A stretch of DNA of 64,000 nucleotides, taken from NCBI GenBank assembly GCA_945918795.1, contig CAMEIT010000002.1:42-64041 (forward strand). The letters run 5' to 3'. Positions 52,112-60,550 of this stretch are shown here, in pieces. Within the stretch, counting starts at the first letter, position 1. The number at the start of each line of letters is the position of its first letter. Origin of the DNA: an uncultured Clostridia bacterium (lineage in GTDB: Bacteria > Bacillota > Clostridia > HGM11327). The notes beneath the pieces are model-generated. The model was not told where the DNA came from. It worked only from the letters and a program-made list of their open reading frames with translations, and did not search any database. The position numbers were made by a program, and so were the translations under genes.

Positions 52112-53614
52112 TTATTGTTGAGTTGATTTGTCTTTTACAAGAACGTCGTGTGCGCCGCCCTCTACTATTGAAACGGAGCTTACCAAAGTGAGCTTTGCTT
52201 TTTGCTGGAGCTCATCTATGCTGAGTGCGCCGCAGTTGCACATTGTGGAACGTATCTTGCTCAGAGTGATGGCAAGGTTATCATGGAGAGCGCCTGCATA
52301 CGGAACATAGCAGTCAACGCCCTCAACAAATGAAAGCTTTGCCGCGCCGCCCATATCGTATCTTTGCCAATTGCGCGCTCTTGCACTGCCTTCACCCCAA
52401 TATTCCTTCATGTAATTGCCGCTTACCATTATTTTATTTGTGGGACTTTCGTCAAAACGTGAGAAGTAACGTCCGAGCATACAGAAATCGGCGCCCATTG
52501 CAAGTGCGAGCGTTATGTGGTAATCGTGAACTATTCCGCCGTCGGAGCATATAGGTACATATATTCCCGTTTCTTCAAAATACTCGTCACGTGCCTTGGC
52601 AACATCAATAACCGCGGTTGCCTGTCCGCGACCGATACCCTTTGTTTCACGTGTGATACATATTGAGCCTCCGCCGATACCTACTTTTACGAAGTCGGCA
52701 CCTGCTTCAGCCAAAAATCTGAATCCGTCTCTGTCTACAACATTTCCCGCTCCGACCTTGACTGTATCTCCGTAATTTTCACGAATATATGCTATTGTTC
52801 TTTTCTGCCATTCCGTAAAGCCTTCGCTTGAGTCTATGCACAAAACATCGGCACCTGCTTCAACGAGAGCAGGTACTCTTTCGGCGTAATCTCTCGTGTT
52901 TATTCCTGCGCCTACTACATATCTTTTGTCGGAATCGAGCAGCTCGAGCGGATTTTCCTTGTGCTGATCGTAGTCCTTGCGGAAAACAAATGCAACAAGA
53001 CGTCCGTCTTTATCGACAATAGGCAATGAGTTGAGCTTATGATCCCATATAATATTGTTTGCTTCCTTGAGAGATGTGCCCTCCGGAGCAGTATACAGCT
53101 TTTCAAGAGGCGTCATGAACGAAGAAACCTTTTCGTCCATTGACATACGGCTTACTCTGTAATCACGGCTTGTTACTATTCCCACAAGCTTGCCGTTTGC
53201 CGTGCCGTCTTCGGTTACTGCTATTGTTGAATGATTGAGGCGTTCCTTAAGCTCTATTACATCTCTGAGAGTCTGGTCGGGACGTATGTTGGAATCGGAT
53301 GTTACAAAGCCTGCCTTATAATTCTTTACTTTGCGAACCATTTCTGCCTGAGCTTGTATTGTCTGTGAGCCGTATATGAACGAAATGCCGCCTTCTTTTG
53401 CAAGTGCGATTGCCATAGTGTCGTTTGATACTGACTGCATTATAGCCGAAACGAGCGGAATGTTCATTGATATAGCCGGTTCTTCACCTTTTTTGAATTT
53501 TACGAGAGGCGTTTTCAACGATACATTGGAAGGTATGCAATTTGCATCTGAATATCCGGGGATGAGAAGGTATTCGCTGAATGTGCGCGAGGGCTCATTG
53601 TAGTATGTTGCCAT
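52112..53614 (-). CDS. guaB: IMP dehydrogenase
   Basis: 500 aa IMPDH. It has the TIM barrel with a CBS insertion and the active-site loop [12 protein letters not shown]. Confidence 0.8.
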   Translation of the reverse strand: MATYYNEPSRTFSEYLLIPGYSDANCIPSNVSLKTPLVKFKKGEEPAISMNIPLVSAIMQSVSNDTMAIALAKEGGISFIYGSQTIQAQAEMVRKVKNYKAGFVTSDSNIRPDQTLRDVIELKERLNHSTIAVTEDGTANGKLVGIVTSRDYRVSRMSMDEKVSSFMTPLEKLYTAPEGTSLKEANNIIWDHKLNSLPIVDKDGRLVAFVFRKDYDQHKENPLELLDSDKRYVVGAGINTRDYAERVPALVEAGADVLCIDSSEGFTEWQKRTIAYIRENYGDTVKVGAGNVVDRDGFRFLAEAGADFVKVGIGGGSICITRETKGIGRGQATAVIDVAKARDEYFEETGIYVPICSDGGIVHDYHITLALAMGADFCMLGRYFSRFDESPTNKIMVSGNYMKEYWGEGSARARNWQRYDMGGAAKLSFVEGVDCYVPYAGALHDNLAITLSKIRSTMCNCGALSIDELQQKAKLTLVSSVSIVEGGAHDVLVKDKSTQQ

Positions 53615-53652
53615 TTTTAATCTCCAAATTTTATCTTTTTATATTAATCGTT

Positions 53653-53681
53653 ATTATATCAAACAATAACGTTTATGTCAA
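53653..53681 (-). promoter_or_regulatory. Consensus sigma-A promoter of guaB (TTGACA-N17-TATAAT)
   Basis: On the minus strand it reads TTGACAtaaacgttattgtttgaTATAAT, ~40 nt upstream of the guaB ATG. Confidence 0.7.
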
Positions 53682-53769
53682 GGAAAATTATTTGATATAT
53701 CACATATATCCGCATTCGGGAGCGATTTTTTACATCTGTTGATTGTCACCGAAAGTTGTTATTACGCAG

Positions 53770-53798
53770 TTGACAAATTATTACTGAAATGGTATAAT
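53770..53798 (+). promoter_or_regulatory. Consensus sigma-A promoter with an extended -10 (TTGACA-N17-TGgTATAAT) driving a short terminated transcript
   Basis: Reads TTGACAaattattactgaaatggTATAAT. No ORF lies downstream for ~570 nt. Confidence 0.7.
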
Positions 53799-53805
53799 AT
53801 TATTG

Positions 53806-53975
53806 CTGCACAAACTTATAATTTATTCCATTCATGGGAAAATACTTTGGTAAAAAGGTGTTTTCTCTCTTTACTCATACCATGAATGGATAATATAATG
53901 GACAGAGTTTGTGTAGCGACAATGAGGGGCTCATCTTTTCGGTGCGTTCCTTGTCGGAGCGCACTTTTTATTTTA
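53806..53975 (+). ncRNA. Candidate ~170-nt small RNA or leader transcript, running from the promoter at 53770 to the terminator at 53942-53975
   Basis: Starts with the CTGCACAAAC motif. Contains a 10-bp hairpin CCATTCATGG...CCATGAATGG enclosing ~50 nt. Ends in GTGCGTTCCttgtcGGAGCGCAC + TTTTTATTTT. No SD-led ORF inside. Confidence 0.35.
53942..53975 (+). terminator. Rho-independent terminator
   Basis: GTGCGTTCC/GGAGCGCAC 9-bp stem (one G-U pair) followed by TTTTTATTTT. Confidence 0.65.
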
Positions 53976-54021
53976 TAGGCAAATTGATAAAATCATAAAT
54001 CGGCGCGACAATGAATATTGT

Positions 54022-54221
54022 CTGCACAAACAGGAGCTGAACCGGGCAAATCAAGGGGGGATTTTGTTCCTTTAACAGGAAACATTTTTAATCGGTGCTG
54101 TTGTTGTGCTCGCAACAGACAGTCAATAGATAAATTATGACGTTTTTATATGCTTTTGTGTTAACCCGCAAATATATATAAAATCACTTGGATAAAAACG
54201 GTTCAGCTTCTGTTTGTGCAG
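54022..54221. repeat. 22-bp inverted repeat (54022-54043 and 54200-54221, 21/22 matching) enclosing a ~156-bp hairpin-rich segment. It is either MITE-like or a pair of operator sites. The same 10-nt core occurs a third time at 53806-53815.
   Basis: CTGCACAAACAGGAGCTGAACC against GGTTCAGCTTCTGTTTGTGCAG. All three copies share the flank ATATTrTCTGCACAAAC. Confidence 0.75.
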
Positions 54222-54292
54222 ATAATATGCTCTCAAAAACAATGCGTTTTTTGCAAATTTATTTGATTTTCGGACAATTTGTTACGTAATTA

Positions 54293-54322
54293 TTGACTTT
54301 TCGCTATGCGTTGATATATAAT
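54293..54322 (+). promoter_or_regulatory. Sigma-A-type promoter for the 194-aa membrane protein gene (TTGACT-N18-TATAAT)
   Basis: Reads TTGACTtttcgctatgcgttgataTATAAT, ~50 nt upstream of the GGAGGGA RBS and GTG start. Confidence 0.55.
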
Positions 54323-54372
54323 ATTGACGTATAACATTTGTTTTCATTTGTTGACAGCGGAGGGAAAAAACA

Positions 54373-54957
54373 GTGAATAAGGTCGAAAAAAGGATAAGAA
54401 AAGCAACATTTGCAAACGTTGAAGAAGAATTTTTCGAAATAGACAAAGAAAATCGTATTGCGACTATAAGACTTTCTTTCGATAAGGTGAGCGATATATT
54501 CGACGACAATTATATTACGAAAAAGCCGATATTAAACGGCGACTTTATGGAATGGATCGCCAACGCATTCAGCATAATCCCCTCGCGCTACAAAATAAAG
54601 CTCTCGGTTTCTTTTGCTGATTACGAAGGCTACTCCGAAAGACAACTGAACGAGCTCTTTTTGAAAAATATAATTTTATACGCCAAGAGCAAGCACGGCT
54701 ATCAGAAAAAACGCAACTCGCTTGCTTACGGCTTGATCGCGGTGGGAATCGCTTTTTTTATTGGTATGCTGTTTACGGAGCTTTGCTGGGAAACGGAATC
54801 GATATTCAAAACCATATTCTCTTACGTAAGCGATATAGCCACAACCGTGGCGTTCTGGGAGGCCATGACCATTTTGATAGTGGAAAGAAGGGAACAGCAC
54901 AGTTATATTGTAGCTGTTGAGAAGAGATTTTCGGGCGTTGAATTCGGGAGTAAGTAA
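54373..54957 (+). CDS. Hypothetical protein with a ~115-aa soluble N-terminal domain and 1-2 C-terminal TM helices
   Basis: GTG start 8 nt after GGAGGGA. TM segment LAYGLIAVGIAFFIGMLF. No recognisable family. Confidence 0.5.
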   Translation: MNKVEKRIRKATFANVEEEFFEIDKENRIATIRLSFDKVSDIFDDNYITKKPILNGDFMEWIANAFSIIPSRYKIKLSVSFADYEGYSERQLNELFLKNIILYAKSKHGYQKKRNSLAYGLIAVGIAFFIGMLFTELCWETESIFKTIFSYVSDIATTVAFWEAMTILIVERREQHSYIVAVEKRFSGVEFGSK

Positions 54958-54991
54958 GAAGTAACAAGATATAAATCACATATTTGAATTA

Positions 54992-55774
54992 TTATTCGTT
55001 ATTCTGCGGAATTTTTTTGTATTTCCCGTTGCCGATAAACTCTATTACACCCTTATCGCGCAAAATCTGTAATTGTTGCCTTATTTTAGGTCGAATGTTA
55101 TTATTGTCGGGATGCTTTTCGGCAAGCCGATTTTCAAAACGATACACATCCCCAAGTTCAAATTCATGAGGCTCTATTGAATTTACACAATTGAGAATAT
55201 CGAGCAGCCACCCCCTTTGGGCAACATTATCTGTTTTTAATTTATTTGCCAGCTGCATTTTGAATGTAATATTCTTTATGCTTTCAACCTGACCGTTGTT
55301 TATGATGCGTATTCTTCCTTGCTCGGGAATTTTGCCTATAAGTATATTACAGCCGACCCAGCCTGAGCGTTTTGCCGTTGAAGATAACGGATTCCTTTTT
55401 TCAATAATATCGGGAACGAAAAAATATTTCGGGACGATCCAGAAATCAAGCACCGATAATTCTTTTGCCGAATAGCTCATCAAAAAAAGATCGGGATTTT
55501 CATTGCTGTTTATGCGCTCTATCATTGAGGAATATGCCCCGTCTGTTATTTTGACGCCTAATTTGCCTGTTTTGCTTTTCAGCTCATATTGATTATTGCA
55601 ACATGGACAAAAGAAATCCGCAACAGGACTGTTGTTTTTGAAGTGCTCCAATGTTATATTGCCGCATCTTGGGCAGAACATATTCTTGCCTACCCAGGCT
55701 TCAGTCAAAACCCTTGCCTGCTGTGATTTCGAATTGTAATTATATGTTGAATTTGAATAAAGCTTAAGATCCAT
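54992..55774 (-). CDS. DpnI-like (Dam-replacing/DRP family) methyl-directed Type IIM restriction endonuclease
   Basis: Layout is a PD-(D/E)XK core D-x10-E-L-K (PVADFFCPCCNNQYELKSK) next to a Cys4 cluster (CPRCGN...CPCC), plus a C-terminal winged-helix segment IRPKIRQQLQILRDKGVIEF. This is the same arrangement as the DpnI catalytic Asp/Glu/Lys triad and its m6A-recognition wH domain. Start taken at MDLKLYSNS (ATG), which has a GGAG RBS. Confidence 0.6.
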   Translation of the reverse strand: MDLKLYSNSTYNYNSKSQQARVLTEAWVGKNMFCPRCGNITLEHFKNNSPVADFFCPCCNNQYELKSKTGKLGVKITDGAYSSMIERINSNENPDLFLMSYSAKELSVLDFWIVPKYFFVPDIIEKRNPLSSTAKRSGWVGCNILIGKIPEQGRIRIINNGQVESIKNITFKMQLANKLKTDNVAQRGWLLDILNCVNSIEPHEFELGDVYRFENRLAEKHPDNNNIRPKIRQQLQILRDKGVIEFIGNGKYKKIPQNNE

Positions 55775-55837
55775 AAGGCACAACTCCGATTCTTTGTTAC
55801 GGTAAGGCTTATTGTTTTTCAATCACCGCCGGGCATA

Positions 55838-56986
55838 TCATTCCGCCGTTTTCTTTTTCGGCGGTCTCGGACCGTAAAACTGATAATAGTCAACCTTGAT
55901 TCTTCCGTTATAGAGCTTGCGCTTTTTATCGGCTTTTCTGCCTATTTCGTTTTCAAAATTCTCATCAGCCGTAAGTACATAGAACGACCATGAAGGCAGC
56001 TCCTTCATTGCTCGCCTGAATGCGGCATATATCTTGTTTATTGCCGCTTTGTCGCCTATTCTTTCGCCGTACGGCGGATTCGTTATAATACAGCCGTACT
56101 GCTTTTTTGACGAAAGCTCGGCAAAATCACGCTGCTGAAAATGAATTGTGTCCGCAATCCCCGCTTCAATTGCATTTTTTCTTGCCGTATCAAGCACGCG
56201 CCTGTCTATATCATATCCGCATATGTCAAGCATGGGCCGAATTTCGTCTGCGCGGCTGTATTCATCCGCTTCCAAGCGGACCTTATTCCACATATTTTCG
56301 GTTGTCTGACGCCAATTTTCGCATATAAAATGTCTTTTGTGCCCCGGAGCTACGTGCATCTCGCGCAGTGCGGCTTCAATGAGTATCGTTCCCGAACCGC
56401 ACATCGGGTCAATGAGAGGTCTGTCGGGACGCCAGAAAGAAAGCGCCGCCATTGCATTTGCAAGCGTTTCCTTGAGGGGCGCTTCTCCCGCCTTTGACCT
56501 CCAGCCTCTTTTGTGCAGACCGTCGCCTGACGTATCAATAAGAAGCTCCGCAATATCGTTTCGGATAGATACCGTAACGGGATAAAGCGCACCCGTTTCC
56601 GGTATTGCTCTTACGGAATGACCGTATTTGAGCCGTTCAACGAGAGCTTTTTTTACTATCCTCTGGCAGTCGGACAAGCTGAAAAGAGCGGAGTTTACCG
56701 ATTTCGCATCAACGGTGATCGTAGCGTCGGCGGGAATGTACTTTTCCCACGGCGTACTTTTTGTGCCTTCAAAAAGCTCGTCGAATGACGTGGCTTTGAA
56801 TGTGTTTGCACATATCATTACTCTTTCTCCGGCAGATATGTTCAGGTTGAGTCTGCAAATATCCTCGTATGTTCCCTCAAGAGCTATGCGCCCGTTGTCT
56901 GCTGCCGTCTTTTCATATCCGAGCCTTTCAAGCTCCTTTGCTACTACCGATTCAAGTCCGAATGCAGTGGCTATAATCAGTTTCAT
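55838..56986 (-). CDS. THUMP-domain class I SAM-dependent RNA methyltransferase (RlmL/YpsC family, COG0116)
   Basis: N-terminal THUMP domain. The MTase has a PMCGSGTILIEAA SAM motif and an NPPYGERIG catalytic motif. AAAGGAAA RBS. Confidence 0.7.
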   Translation of the reverse strand: MKLIIATAFGLESVVAKELERLGYEKTAADNGRIALEGTYEDICRLNLNISAGERVMICANTFKATSFDELFEGTKSTPWEKYIPADATITVDAKSVNSALFSLSDCQRIVKKALVERLKYGHSVRAIPETGALYPVTVSIRNDIAELLIDTSGDGLHKRGWRSKAGEAPLKETLANAMAALSFWRPDRPLIDPMCGSGTILIEAALREMHVAPGHKRHFICENWRQTTENMWNKVRLEADEYSRADEIRPMLDICGYDIDRRVLDTARKNAIEAGIADTIHFQQRDFAELSSKKQYGCIITNPPYGERIGDKAAINKIYAAFRRAMKELPSWSFYVLTADENFENEIGRKADKKRKLYNGRIKVDYYQFYGPRPPKKKTAE

Positions 56987-57014
56987 GTTGTATTTCCTTT
57001 GTTTTTTAATTCGT

Positions 57015-57791
57015 TTACAATGTTATATTATAATATTTTTTGAGTATCTCATCAAAAACGTCTTTGTTCTGTATTGTCGTTTGGGTAACGTTATCACCGT
57101 CAAATATACGGAAAATGTCCCCCGAAACGGTTATTCGTCCCGTATCCGTTTTCAGGGAAAGCATTGCAGATTTGCGGAATATGGATTCAGGTGCTGCCTC
57201 GCAGTAAAATGAGGTAGATAAATAATCCTCTTCAAGCTGAGGCTCTTCTGTGAAGGATAAGAATTTACTCCATTCGCCGTTATGATAATCGTAAAGTACC
57301 CAGCCTAAAAAAGGCTCCTTTTTGAATTTATACTGCTCACCGAATTGCTCTTGCACCGTATCCTCTTCGAGCCTGAGCGGAAGCCTCGGCGCGCGCTCTC
57401 CTATGCCGACGTCGGTAAAGAGCCTTGCTTGCGTGTAATCGGATTCGGCAATTATTATTCTGTGGCGGCGCATGGGTATTTTTGCCTCGCCTCTTAAGTA
57501 GCGCGCAAAACAGCTTAATGTATTATACCCCAAAGAAGTAAGCAGTATGTTGTACAGAGCGTTAAGCTCAAAGCAGTAGCCGCCTCTTGAATTAAGCACG
57601 ATTTTGTTGTAGAGAGAAGCCTCATCAAGCTTTAGAGGAATGTTGTTGATTATATCCAGGTTTTCATACGGCACGTGCGTTACGTGGGCGTATTGAAGTC
57701 TTAAAAGCAGTTCTTCATCAGGCAGGGCATGAGCGGGATCAAATGAGAGGTTGATTCTTTCAAAATACTTTGATATTTGTTCTTTTTCCAT
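57015..57791 (-). CDS. Arylamine N-acetyltransferase
   Basis: RGGYCFELN motif with the catalytic Cys. 258 aa. Confidence 0.7.
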   Translation of the reverse strand: MEKEQISKYFERINLSFDPAHALPDEELLLRLQYAHVTHVPYENLDIINNIPLKLDEASLYNKIVLNSRGGYCFELNALYNILLTSLGYNTLSCFARYLRGEAKIPMRRHRIIIAESDYTQARLFTDVGIGERAPRLPLRLEEDTVQEQFGEQYKFKKEPFLGWVLYDYHNGEWSKFLSFTEEPQLEEDYLSTSFYCEAAPESIFRKSAMLSLKTDTGRITVSGDIFRIFDGDNVTQTTIQNKDVFDEILKKYYNITL

Positions 57792-57851
57792 AAAACACTC
57801 CGATGTCCGGCGGACGGGCGCGGGACTGCTCCTTTTAATATTGATTATTTA

Positions 57852-59096
57852 TCAGTTGGCCTTAACCTCTTCAATTTTATTTTCGGGTTTGTCTCCCGTC
57901 ATTAACAGCTTGAGGAGTATAGGCGTTGCAAAGCTTGTGATAACTATGAGAATGACTATAAACGGCATTATTTCCGAGCTTACGAGACCGTTTTCAACGC
58001 CCTTTTGCGCACTTACAAGTGCGACCTCGGCACGCGCCATCATGCCTATGCCGACGCAGAGCGATTCCTTGAATTTGTATTTGCACAGCAGAGCAGAGCC
58101 TGCACAGCCGACAACCTTGCCGATTATTCCGGCAAGTATGAAGCACAAGCCGAACATGAGTATTTCGGTGCTGAAACCCGTAAATTTTGTTGTTATGCCG
58201 ATATTGCAGAAGAATACGGGCGTGAATACCATGTAGCTCATTATGTCGGACTTTCTGTCTATGTAGCTTGCTTCGGGGTTTCTCGAAAGGAAGAGTCCTG
58301 CGGCAAAAGCGCCCGTTATATCGGCAACACCGAATACTTCTTCGCTTAAATACGCAACAAGGAAGCAGAACGCTATGCTGAATATCGGCAACATTCTGTG
58401 ATGCGGAAATTTGTGCTCGAGGAAATTGAAAAATTTACCTGCAAGCATTCCGGCTATTGCAATGAACACAATAAACAGGCAAGTCATGAGCAGTACGTGC
58501 CACGGCGATACAACTTCTCCGTTGCTCCCCTTGAGAGCGACTATGAATGAGAGAATTACGATTCCGATTATATCATCTATTATTGCCGCCGCAACTATTG
58601 TGGTGCCGACCTTACCGGAGAGCTTGCCGAGCTCTTTGAGCGTGGCAACGGTAACGCTTACGGATGTAGCCGTCAGAATTACTCCGTAAAACAGGTTAGA
58701 CAAAAGCGTGTCGCGGCTCATGTTGACAAAGCCGCCGTTAAATAAGCACGCAACAACAAAGCCGAGTGCAAGCGGTACGGCAACGCCGAAGCAGGTTATT
58801 ATTATAGACGGGACACCAACGGACTTTATTTGCTTTATATCGGTTCCGAGACCTGCCGAGAACATAATGAGAATTACGCCTATTTTAGCCAAAAAGCCTA
58901 TTCCGCCGATAGATGTATCGTTGAGTATTGTCTGATTCGGTATATATGATATAAGCCCAATAAGTATTCCGGAAACGAGCATTCCGATAACTCCGGGCAG
59001 TCCTATTTTTTCACATAATTTAGAGAGTACCTTTGACAGTATGAGTATCAGAGCCAAAGGAAGCAAAATAACAAAATAATCTGTTGTAATATTCAT
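57852..59096 (-). CDS. Cation:proton antiporter (CPA1/CPA2 Na+/H+ exchanger family)
   Basis: ~415 aa polytopic membrane protein with Na_H_Exchanger-like repeats. The start at MNITTDYF has an AAAGG RBS. Confidence 0.65.
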   Translation of the reverse strand: MNITTDYFVILLPLALILILSKVLSKLCEKIGLPGVIGMLVSGILIGLISYIPNQTILNDTSIGGIGFLAKIGVILIMFSAGLGTDIKQIKSVGVPSIIITCFGVAVPLALGFVVACLFNGGFVNMSRDTLLSNLFYGVILTATSVSVTVATLKELGKLSGKVGTTIVAAAIIDDIIGIVILSFIVALKGSNGEVVSPWHVLLMTCLFIVFIAIAGMLAGKFFNFLEHKFPHHRMLPIFSIAFCFLVAYLSEEVFGVADITGAFAAGLFLSRNPEASYIDRKSDIMSYMVFTPVFFCNIGITTKFTGFSTEILMFGLCFILAGIIGKVVGCAGSALLCKYKFKESLCVGIGMMARAEVALVSAQKGVENGLVSSEIMPFIVILIVITSFATPILLKLLMTGDKPENKIEEVKAN

Positions 59097-59203
59097 GGAT
59101 ATTTGCCTTTCAGAAGTGTACAAGATTTGCAACCGTATTATTATATACCCAAAACCGAATATTTGCAACCGAAAAATACTTTTTTAATGACAATATCCGC
59201 AAT

Positions 59204-60028
59204 TCAGTCCTTTTTGCCATTCAAATTGCGGTATTCGGATGGAGAGGAGCCTGTATGCTTTCGGAAAACCTTTGAAAAGTAGAGCGCGTCTCTGTAACCT
59301 ACCGCAGATGCTATTTCGTGTATAGGTCTTTTGGATTCGGAAAGCAGAATTTCGGCATGATACATTCGGCAGGAGGTGAGATATTCCGAAAAGCTTGTGC
59401 CTACTGCCTCGCTGAAGCGGCGTGAAATGTATTTGGGATGGTATCTGTACAATCCGCACAGATAGTCGAGAGACAAATCGGGATTTCCGTAACAGCAGTC
59501 GACGGCGGACTTTATTTGCGATACTATGTCCTGCTTTTTGCTGTCGGGATATGCGGCAATGACGGGGAACAGCGAAAATGTATAGTACAAAAGTCCCTTT
59601 GCGAGCATGGAAAGATTATCGGCAGATGAATGTATCAATCCGGAGAACCATAATGTTTCAAGCTCCTCAAATCCGGAATACACGGGAGCCTTGGGGCTTA
59701 TGCCGGCAGATTCGAGAATTTCGTATGCCTTACTTCCTACATATGATATATAGAGATATTTTGTGCGTATACATTCCTTTACCGAGAATGGCATCCCCGG
59801 GAAAGTGAAGAACAAATCGCCCTTTGCAATGGGAAAGCTGCCGTTTTCCGTTTCGAGCACGGCGCTTCCCTCTGTCATGAGGTGACAGCAGAATGCCGCA
59901 ACTTTACGCTTGTCGGGAAGCCTTTGGGGCATCGTCTCATAAATGAACTGAAACGGGAACAAATTATCATCGTCCGAACATGACGCCGAAAATTTGCATA
60001 TGTTGCCGTCCTTTATATCTTCTTTCAT
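59204..60028 (-). CDS. AraC-family transcriptional regulator
   Basis: C-terminal AraC HTH (IASAVGYRDALYFSKVFRKHTGSSPSEYR) and an N-terminal cupin-like sensor domain. GGGAGG RBS. Confidence 0.7.
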   Translation of the reverse strand: MKEDIKDGNICKFSASCSDDDNLFPFQFIYETMPQRLPDKRKVAAFCCHLMTEGSAVLETENGSFPIAKGDLFFTFPGMPFSVKECIRTKYLYISYVGSKAYEILESAGISPKAPVYSGFEELETLWFSGLIHSSADNLSMLAKGLLYYTFSLFPVIAAYPDSKKQDIVSQIKSAVDCCYGNPDLSLDYLCGLYRYHPKYISRRFSEAVGTSFSEYLTSCRMYHAEILLSESKRPIHEIASAVGYRDALYFSKVFRKHTGSSPSEYRNLNGKKD

Positions 60029-60196
60029 GGTGTGCTGCCTCCCGTAATAAAGTATGCTTAATAATTGTAGTATACATTATTTTACCGCACTTGTCAAGAA
60101 AATATATTATTCCGCAATTCACCGTAAACGGAAATATCCGGGACATTTGTGACAATTGATTTTTTCAGAATTGTGTGATATAATTAACAGGTAATT

Positions 60197-60273
60197 GCGT
60201 TCGTAGCTCATCCGGATAGAGCGTAAGACTCCGACTCTTAAGGCGGCAGGTTCGAGTCCTGTCGGACGCACCA
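60197..60273 (+). tRNA. tRNA-Arg (CCG)
   Basis: Acceptor GCGTTCG/CGGACGC (one G-U pair), anticodon loop CTCCGAC, T-loop TTCGAGT, encoded CCA. A terminator-like hairpin AGACACAC...GTGTGTCTTTTT follows. Confidence 0.85.
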
Positions 60274-60550
60274 TCAAGACACACCCAAAAGGAGCGTATA
60301 AAACTCCGATGCGTGTGTCTTTTTCTATGCAAAACAGGGGTAAATTGCCGTTTTTGTGGTAATTTACCCTTTTTGTTGTTTCTTCGCGTATCGCCGTAGG
60401 GATTTGTTCTTCACTCGCTTTTGGAAACCGCAAACCTTTAACGATTGCACAAAAAGGATTTTTGCACGATAAGGAGCGTATGATTTTTTCCGACTTAATC
60501 AACGAAAAAAATGACCGACCGCACTCTTACGAACGCAGTCGGTCGTTTGC

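Noticed and set aside
53826-53895. Possible purine riboswitch upstream of guaB (the 10-bp P1-like stem CCATTCATGG...CCATGAATGG).
   Set aside because: The enclosed sequence lacks the conserved purine-riboswitch junctions (UAUA...GAUAUGG...GUUUCUACC...CCGUAAAU). It also lies upstream of the mapped consensus guaB promoter at 53653-53681 and downstream of an opposing promoter, so it would not be in the guaB leader.
55775-55822. TTG-initiated 16-codon N-terminal extension of the DpnI-like ORF.
   Set aside because: The ATG at 55774 yields an N-terminus (MDLKLYSNSTYNYNSKSQQARVLTEAWV) that parallels the DpnI N-terminus and has a GGAG SD. The TTG start has none.
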